Below are positions 59,001-64,000 of a stretch of 64,000 bases of DNA, piece after piece (within the stretch, counting starts at the first letter, position 1; every line of letters starts with the position of its first letter). The DNA lies in NCBI GenBank assembly GCA_038064975.1, contig JBBTRX010000002.1, positions 128,880 through 192,879 of the forward strand, read 5' to 3'. Below the pieces are notes generated by a model. The model saw only the letters and a program-made list of their open reading frames with translations. It searched no databases and had not been told where the DNA came from. A program made the translations under genes and the position numbers. This stretch comes from Patescibacteria group bacterium. Its GTDB lineage: Bacteria > Patescibacteriota > Minisyncoccia > UBA6257 > 1-14-0-10-40-38.

Positions 59001-62000
59001 AAAAATTCTTTTTTAGTTGGATTGCCCACTGATACTTCGCCAAACGATAAATCGTCGTATGTTATCTTTTGATCTGCAACAGTAGTATTGGCATAATCTT
59101 TAACGGTTTGTTGTGATAATAACTTTATATAATCCGTACTACTTTCTGCATAATCATAGTCGGTGGTACGAACATCATCCCCTATGTCGCTAAAGGTTAA
59201 TGGATCAGATGCGGTTACTTCACCCCATTCTTTTTCTTGAGTAAGATTTCCTGTTGTAGTTGCAAATGAAAAAGTTTTTGCCACGTCTCTATGCGTTCCA
59301 TTCCCGTCATAAGTCTCTGTGATAATTTGCGATGGATATACTAAAAAAGCAGTGTCAATGGAAGTTGTTGCTGCATTCCATTTCGTAGTTGTTCGTGTCA
59401 TCAAATTTCCATTTGAATCCAAGCGATCTATGCGATAAGCTTTTCCGATTTTTGCATGATGATCTAAATCTTCATACAACGTTGTACTCGCGGTGTCACC
59501 TTGATGGAAATAGGTTATCTCCTCAGTTCCATCTGGTTTGATCTTGGTAACGGTTTCAAAACCTGCAAACCTGCGATCGAAAGAGTCTTTGAAGAAATAA
59601 TGTCCACCTGCATAACTATATGTTGTTGTACTGACCGTACCCGTCACTGAGTCTGTCTCTCCCACCGCTTGAATTGTCTGAGTAGTAAAGGGAAGTTCTG
59701 GATTTAAGAGATTACCCCCTGCGTCTTTGTATTGAGATGAAGCCTCATATGAGGTTGTTATGACGCCACCCGTAGGAAGAGTAATTTTTGAAAGTAAGTC
59801 TGGGGTGTTGCCAGTATTGAAGAAAATATCAGCAACACAATCAGGATTGCAAACGCTGTGAATAATATCTAGAAGTCCATCGCCATTAATATCACCAACC
59901 TGGCGAACAATAGTATCGCTTGATATTCCAACTTGTAAATCTCCTGCATTAAGATAGTGATCCCATCGATGAAGAAATATTTTACCAATACTTGAAAACA
60001 TATCGGGAAGATCATCGCCGTTCATATCAGCAATAAACGTTCCCGTGGGTCCGGTTGTAAAATCTTCAAACATATTCGAATCCCCTGATCGTAAATTTGT
60101 AAACCCTGAATCATATGTGAAGCCAGTAGAAGAAGTCACTACTGAAGACGTTGCTCCTTGGTTGATATATATTTTTGCATCATATGAACCACCAAATGTT
60201 TTAAGCGCCCTAAAAATATCAGTCAATCCATCGTGGTTCATATCAACTGCACGAATACCAAGTTGATCCGGTACTTCAGATGGCATCGTAAAGAAAGAAA
60301 AATCGATTCCATTATTTCGATCTATTTCAAATGGGAGAGGACCAATAGTACGAAGTCGATCGAAAAGTCCATCGCCATTTATATCTCCTACCATGGGACG
60401 ATCAAGACTATCAGGATCAAGCTTCGGCACAGCACCAGTCCAGGAAGAGTCATACTGCCAATTTGTACCACTATTTATATGAACTTCTGACGTAAATGGG
60501 GGTGATACAGGGCCATAGACGTAATCACTTTCTGCATCACCATTAATATCCGCAACAATCGTACCATCTGCGTTACAAAAACTTCCTGCATCCAATCGCG
60601 TGCAAATTCGAATAAGCACAACACCACCTTGTTTGTGTGGTATTTGCCAACTTGTGGATGTAGCAAATGTATTATCGTGTTGATTAATCCAAACATATTC
60701 TTTGTCAATGGTTGATGGATTCTCAATACGAGTTGATTGCAAGACATCAGCATAACCATCACCATCTACATCGGTAACAATGACGCCATTAGTATAATCA
60801 AGACTTCTAATCGTTATATCTGCTGTGCTTGAAGCAAACGAGAAATTACTCGAGGTATATTGAAAATTTGTAGTAAGTTCAATAAGAGTTCCAAAAGGAT
60901 CGCCCTGATCTCGGATAGAACTGACACGTGAACGCCCTGTAAGAGAATTGTCATCGTAAGTAACGACATAGCGTCGCACTAAAACACCATTTTCTCTAAT
61001 ATCGATATTATTTAAGCGGTTCCTTGTTTCAACTTTAAATCCAGCAAAATAAGACTTTTGATCATCCTGTCTTCCAACCCAACCAAAACTGATTGAAAAG
61101 ATTGGAGTAGTGGTTGCTGGAGCGTCTGTGTACGCATATTCAATTTTAGATGGATATATTTGACCTTGATTAGCGGTATAGGTATATAAAATCTCATTAC
61201 CGTTTGCGTCTTTTATTCGATCAAGCATCCATTTGTATCCGGTTGAAGTTGCGTAGGGAGAAGCAATGCGCGTAGTTGAAGCACTCCCAAAAAAATACAT
61301 TACACCATCCTTAGTCTCGACCTTCCAATGATCATCTTCCGTTGAAGAAGTGGTGTATGTATATTTATTAAAAGCACCAGTATCTGTTTTTGCTATGAAT
61401 TGATCATTTGAAATATACGCGAGAGATCCATCAAGAGATGATAAGAAACTCTCGTATGGAGTATCATACATTCGTTCGTTTCCATATTTATTCTCACGAA
61501 TAATATAAGGAACATCGAGATTCCATCCATATCCAATATAGGTACCATCTGAACGATCCTGTGAGTTATATACTATCGCAAGATCAGGAGTAAAATCATT
61601 GCGACCAGGAGGTAGTTGAATTGGATAGCGGTATACATATGCGCCCGAAGAAAGATTAGCCTGTGGTTTTATTTGCCGTATTGTGTTTATGGGCTGAACC
61701 GTTGAGTATGGAATGTCTGAGGCAGATTTTGTAGTCCCGCGACTATCTCCCGAATTACTACTTCCGCCAGAAGACCTTTCTTCAACGCTTGGCATTGCCG
61801 CAGTTCGAGAAGAAACGTTTGCCACATTGCCGGATATATCTGAATCAGTACTAATCGTATCTGTAGTATTACTATTATCTAAAGACGGCACATCAATAGA
61901 AAACGCCGATTTTTGAATCGGCGCCTGTATTACTTCGGGAGATGCATCAATAATTTGACCAAATATCTGAGAAGGAAAAACCAAAGAAAAAGCGGTTATT

Positions 62001-62065
62001 CCTACGAGGAAGGAGGTACTTATTCTACTCATCCGTTTATTTAACCTCTTCATATTTTTCTTCAT
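56042..62065 (-). CDS. RHS/YD-repeat polymorphic toxin (2007 aa) with N-terminal signal peptide, FG-GAP-like repeats, RHS core and C-terminal variable toxin domain
   Basis: Many YD repeats (YTYDALDRV, YEYDTLGNL, YAYDTLNRI, YTYDAVGNI, YEYDSLYRL), an RHS core ending in LIDPDGE, N-terminal D-x-[DN]-G-D-G repeats (DVDGDGYADV, GDINGDGLFD), and an about 170-aa C-terminal region containing a hydrophobic segment. Confidence 0.85.
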   Translation of the reverse strand: MKKNMKRLNKRMSRISTSFLVGITAFSLVFPSQIFGQIIDASPEVIQAPIQKSAFSIDVPSLDNSNTTDTISTDSDISGNVANVSSRTAAMPSVEERSSGGSSNSGDSRGTTKSASDIPYSTVQPINTIRQIKPQANLSSGAYVYRYPIQLPPGRNDFTPDLAIVYNSQDRSDGTYIGYGWNLDVPYIIRENKYGNERMYDTPYESFLSSLDGSLAYISNDQFIAKTDTGAFNKYTYTTSSTEDDHWKVETKDGVMYFFGSASTTRIASPYATSTGYKWMLDRIKDANGNEILYTYTANQGQIYPSKIEYAYTDAPATTTPIFSISFGWVGRQDDQKSYFAGFKVETRNRLNNIDIRENGVLVRRYVVTYDDNSLTGRSRVSSIRDQGDPFGTLIELTTNFQYTSSNFSFASSTADITIRSLDYTNGVIVTDVDGDGYADVLQSTRIENPSTIDKEYVWINQHDNTFATSTSWQIPHKQGGVVLIRICTRLDAGSFCNADGTIVADINGDAESDYVYGPVSPPFTSEVHINSGTNWQYDSSWTGAVPKLDPDSLDRPMVGDINGDGLFDRLRTIGPLPFEIDRNNGIDFSFFTMPSEVPDQLGIRAVDMNHDGLTDIFRALKTFGGSYDAKIYINQGATSSVVTSSTGFTYDSGFTNLRSGDSNMFEDFTTGPTGTFIADMNGDDLPDMFSSIGKIFLHRWDHYLNAGDLQVGISSDTIVRQVGDINGDGLLDIIHSVCNPDCVADIFFNTGNTPDLLSKITLPTGGVITTSYEASSQYKDAGGNLLNPELPFTTQTIQAVGETDSVTGTVSTTTYSYAGGHYFFKDSFDRRFAGFETVTKIKPDGTEEITYFHQGDTASTTLYEDLDHHAKIGKAYRIDRLDSNGNLMTRTTTKWNAATTSIDTAFLVYPSQIITETYDGNGTHRDVAKTFSFATTTGNLTQEKEWGEVTASDPLTFSDIGDDVRTTDYDYAESSTDYIKLLSQQTVKDYANTTVADQKITYDDLSFGEVSVGNPTKKEFLIEGTTYASTTHVYNSFGLMLSDRDPNYNETTYVYDSLNLYPETTTNALGHETERLYDYSSGQPTQTITPNGEIYETVYDSLDRIKTQKSPDPLTGALVTIKTITYTDTANQYAVQETNNLLPALSTDIKTYFDGFGRAIQTRSRAEDNGGTIYAVQDTVYDEQGRVEKESLPYFSSGVNKTSATTTASLYASYTYDALDRVVNVDQVFGDTATTYDNWYATTTDSNNNKKVFSRDAFGRLNRVDEYATTSPYVTRYEYDTLGNLIKIIDAEGNVRNFEYDMLGRRTFAEDMHELSDIYFGTTTYAYDFAGNLTEKKKPDFSTVTYAYDTLNRITSENASLTSGLEAEYTYDACSQGVGRLCIATTTTITAGKMVLNNRYDYAGNIGKETKIIDGNVYLTDYTYDYLGNPLTIKNPNDALITYEYNNAGHPEAVYWKESGVATTTIVSDFDYAPTGDVTFQTNANGTTIENAYDENELYRLKRKIIDDGSNTLQQFLYTYDAVGNITKIAVFSDTATLPNRVTDYEYDSLYRLASSTVNASSTNIFSEIFTYTPVGNILTSPEGVYWYQGTTTANFANPHAATRVGAETLTYDKNGNLVNRTGNLTHTWDWNNRLVKIKLPSQQTGGFSSQSFGGPGQQTKYATYGYDTSGQRVYSHVTNLATTTYPSIYFNEEGSATTTEHIFVNGIPVATVVIGTGDPTILWNSSDHLRSTSLVTDDSANITEEVGYTAFGSLKNDVGTTIEKRKYTGHEYDADALDYTYAKARYLNTNWGRFLSEDPSYLAIGDINFEDRYGQSLESVLSDPQSLNSYSYVKNNPINLIDPDGEIAIPFALPVFFVAPQAFLIGVAVVGVGALVVGTAALLRNNDGLSQRPFEQSRLVRGPEQAKIFNNEPPKFDPKWPLWKIIGAVCSVACPAIAQQIEDYKKFNEGIQNFKEGTQTPQGNAQNNTNQQNIMMNGDYTTKLYTTPSGAVIDWWGNIISGPKN

Positions 62066-62195
62066 TATCGCAAACCCAATTCCCCTCTGTCAATTAAGAT
62101 TGTCAATCCTCAAAACAATAAAGAGTGTTAAGGGTATGGTGAAATAATCCTTTATTCTAAATTAAGTCATAGGTTTAGCGGAGAATAGATACATG

Positions 62196-62278
62196 TGGAA
62201 CTTCAAGAAAATTCAAATCCTCGCTTATTTTCTTCCAATCTACGGTTCTAAACACATCCAGTAAGGCACCCACAGAAA
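62196..62278. repeat. about 85-bp direct repeat, copy B (upstream of RHS gene)
   Basis: Matches copy A. It lies about 140 nt upstream of the RHS start codon. Confidence 0.55.
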
Positions 62279-62394
62279 TAAAAACGACCTGGTTTATCCC
62301 GGTCATTTTTATTTCTATAGAGATGCTTAATGGCGTGTCGGATCGCGGGCCGCAGACCCCGAAGAGGGGTCGAAGGTTTCGAGGTCAGTAGGCC

Positions 62395-62413
62395 GAGAGG
62401 CGATTCCCATCAG
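62395..62413 (+). repeat. 19-nt duplicate of tRNA-His 3' end (putative attR of island)
   Basis: CGATTCCCATCAGGCACCC is identical to 44607-44625 within tRNA-His. Confidence 0.55.
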
Positions 62414-62444
62414 GCACCCAATAAACAACCCCCTACCTATATGG

Positions 62445-62765
62445 TTAGGGGGTTTTAATTTTGTCGTGGCAATACTCACGGAGACTTCCATAGGTTCTGA
62501 TTTCTTTCGGAATCATGATACGGAGCTCACAGAGGGCGCAGACAATAATGTCGTAAGGAGCAATGGTGACGGTGTGGCGAAAAATGAGGGCGCTATAAGG
62601 CTTCTTTTCGTTTGGACAGTTTTCATGAACCCCTAGCGGATTCTTGAGATCGGCGTAGTCATTGAGTAACGGTCCCTGCATTTCGTCGTTGCGACTAAAT
62701 ATTCTTCGTTCTTGGGGCGGCACAAGCATATCGCCCCATGCAGTTAGCATGATGGGTGTGAACAT
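62445..62765 (-). CDS. hypothetical protein
   Basis: 106-aa ORF just outside the island repeat, with moderate GC and no motifs. Confidence 0.3.
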   Translation of the reverse strand: MFTPIMLTAWGDMLVPPQERRIFSRNDEMQGPLLNDYADLKNPLGVHENCPNEKKPYSALIFRHTVTIAPYDIIVCALCELRIMIPKEIRTYGSLREYCHDKIKTP

Positions 62766-63060
62766 GGCTCGGCCCTTTCTCTAGTTATCTTGGGAATGAA
62801 CACGGCTCTTACTGTATGCCTAGGAGGGGTGTTTTGCAAATACTCATATAAAAAAAGAACCGACGCTGCGGGTGGCAGCGTCGTTGATTGGTTGAAGGTC
62901 TCTCGCGTAAGCTTGAGCCTTAGTGATGGGGTTGGAACATATCGTTCCTACGTAGTTCCCTCGCGTGGCGAAGGGAGTTGGGTAAAGGTATTTAGTTGGG
63001 AAACAACTAACCTTAGTATCGGGAATATTCGCCGAACCGTCAACTCAAGTTATCCACACT

Positions 63061-63960
63061 CTAGAAGAACGGGATAATTTCCTTAATATCAAAATCTTTT
63101 TCCCCATTTACTTGTACCTCACACACACCGTTTACTTCTTCTCCCGTAGAGTCAGTAACCATAACATCGGCGGTTTTTGTTCCTATAGAGTTATATTCCG
63201 TATTTATTGACGGTCCAGAACCACTATTAGGAGAACCACCGCCAAGAGAATTCCATATATATGTATATGGCTGAACGCCGTTGCTCGCAAACGCAGTCCA
63301 TGCGACGGATGCTAATCCGTTTGAGAGTGTTACAGGGTTTGGAGATCCTGAACAGGTAAGGGTAAGTCCTGGGGGAGGAATGTTGCCAAGAGAAACAATG
63401 CCAAGAGGGGGATTTGTGGAAGCGTCATTGCCAAAAGATATCCATCCTAATTCGTTTGACCACGCATGTCCTTGAAATCGGTTATCAAAAGGAGAGATTT
63501 GATTCGCATCAGTCACAAGCGTTACCCCATAAGGAGTTAAATCTCCTGCATTACCCTTTAGTTTTATCCATCCGTCCCATCCTCCAGAATTACCAACGGT
63601 TTTTGCATCAGCAATGCTCATAATACGAGCCCATCCTCTGAGATTATCTCCATTGCGTATCGCTCCCGTATTGGGCGGTGCAGGATAGGGACCTGTCGGA
63701 TTAAAATCAATCCAGCCAAGATTAGATGACCATGCGTATCCTGTCACAGGTCCATCGCTTGTTGGAATAGTAACGCCATATTCAATGGATGAGCCGGTAG
63801 GATTGTTGCTCGTAAGACTTATCCATCCAACACCTGTTGCTGTTTCAAGGCTGGGGCCTCCTTGTAGATCGTTTGTGCTTCCTCCCCAGAGCCAATGAAG
63901 GGTATTAGAGTGAGTACCATAAGCAACGGATATGGCGCTAAAAAATAGTAGTAGCATCAC
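63061..63960 (-). CDS. secreted repeat protein, hypothetical
   Basis: Signal peptide MMLLLFFSAISVAYG, recurring about 40-aa repeats containing GW(I/D)(S/D)F and AWS(S/N)(N/E)LGW, and Gly/Asn/Pro-rich composition. Confidence 0.45.
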   Translation of the reverse strand: MMLLLFFSAISVAYGTHSNTLHWLWGGSTNDLQGGPSLETATGVGWISLTSNNPTGSSIEYGVTIPTSDGPVTGYAWSSNLGWIDFNPTGPYPAPPNTGAIRNGDNLRGWARIMSIADAKTVGNSGGWDGWIKLKGNAGDLTPYGVTLVTDANQISPFDNRFQGHAWSNELGWISFGNDASTNPPLGIVSLGNIPPPGLTLTCSGSPNPVTLSNGLASVAWTAFASNGVQPYTYIWNSLGGGSPNSGSGPSINTEYNSIGTKTADVMVTDSTGEEVNGVCEVQVNGEKDFDIKEIIPFF

Positions 63961-64000
63961 GAGTTGAACGATTCTTCTCCCGCTATGTCTTAAGAGAAAT

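Larger units (their letters stand above)
44601..62413. mobile_element. about 17.8-kb integrated island at tRNA-His 3' end, bounded by a 19-nt direct repeat
   Basis: CGATTCCCATCAGGCACCC at the tRNA-His 3' end (44607-44625) is repeated at 62395-62413. A serine recombinase sits adjacent to the tRNA. The cargo is R-M, Rep-like, SpoVG, AAA ATPase and an RHS toxin, and the interior is AT-richer than the flanks. Confidence 0.55.

Noticed and set aside
62281-62394. Possible extra tRNA or tRNA fragment before the attR repeat (ggggtcgaaggtttcgaggtcag...)
   Set aside because: I could not fold it into a cloverleaf. Only the terminal 19 nt match tRNA-His, so it is treated as att remnant plus a short hairpin gaccccgaagaggggtc.
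1-64000. CRISPR arrays / rRNA genes
   Set aside because: I found no regularly spaced short direct repeats with unique spacers, and no rRNA-like GC-rich conserved stretches, when reading through the window.

Overview
This 64 kb window looks like a low-GC, gene-dense bacterial chromosome segment. It has small housekeeping genes, a type IV secretion (T4SS)-like cluster, a class II ribonucleotide reductase and a partial folate pathway, which fits a Patescibacteria/CPR-like genome; that lineage assignment is inference only. TGA is used as a stop codon, so the standard genetic code applies.

Core content:
- **Housekeeping genes:** an MBL-fold hydrolase (partial), a MurE-like ligase, ruvA, a LysM/M23 peptidase, pcrA/uvrD, rsmA, PBP1A, ruvC, yebC, pilB/gspE, ruvB, tsaE, tig, clpP, tyrS, a folB-fusion with folK, a SAM methyltransferase and nrdJ.
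- **T4SS-like cluster (about 10.4-21.8 kb):** a VirB6-like polytopic membrane protein, a PrgI-like protein, a VirB4 ATPase split into two ORFs, a pilin-like protein, secreted proteins and a four-helix-bundle protein.
- **Replication origin:** rpmH-rnpA-yidC-jag on the minus strand faces dnaA-dnaN on the plus strand, with DnaA-box clusters in both intergenic regions.
- **tRNA hotspot (39.4-44.6 kb):** tRNA-Gly, tRNA-Pro, tRNA-Arg, tRNA-Phe and tRNA-His, with tRNA-linked 80-nt repeats, a GIY-YIG mini-insertion at tRNA-Phe, and a partial tRNA-Pro 3' duplication.
- **Integrated island at tRNA-His (about 44.6-62.4 kb, roughly 17.8 kb):** bounded by a 19-nt direct repeat of the tRNA-His 3' end. It carries:
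  - a large serine recombinase and a Type III R-M system (mod-res) preceded by an HTH/excisionase-like gene;
  - a Rep-like protein, SpoVG, an AAA+ ATPase (COG1373-like) paired with an unknown 392-aa protein, and a LexA-like fragment;
  - a 2007-aa RHS/YD-repeat polymorphic toxin followed by two paralogous small membrane (immunity-like) genes.
- **Unusual structure in the toxin cassette:** the last ~20 codons of the toxin ('...GAVIDWWGNIISG') are repeated after each of the two small genes, and the whole cassette is flanked by ~80-bp direct repeats.

Other notable items:
- Two GC-rich patches (2.0-2.5 kb and 3.3-5.5 kb). The second contains tandem paralogs of an unknown four-Cys protein family.
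- A mosaic family of intergenic palindromic repeats with a conserved loop and covarying stems.
- A ~280-bp long inverted-repeat element in the yebC leader.
- Candidate structured-RNA regions upstream of ruvB and at 62.8-63.06 kb.

No CRISPR array or rRNA was seen.
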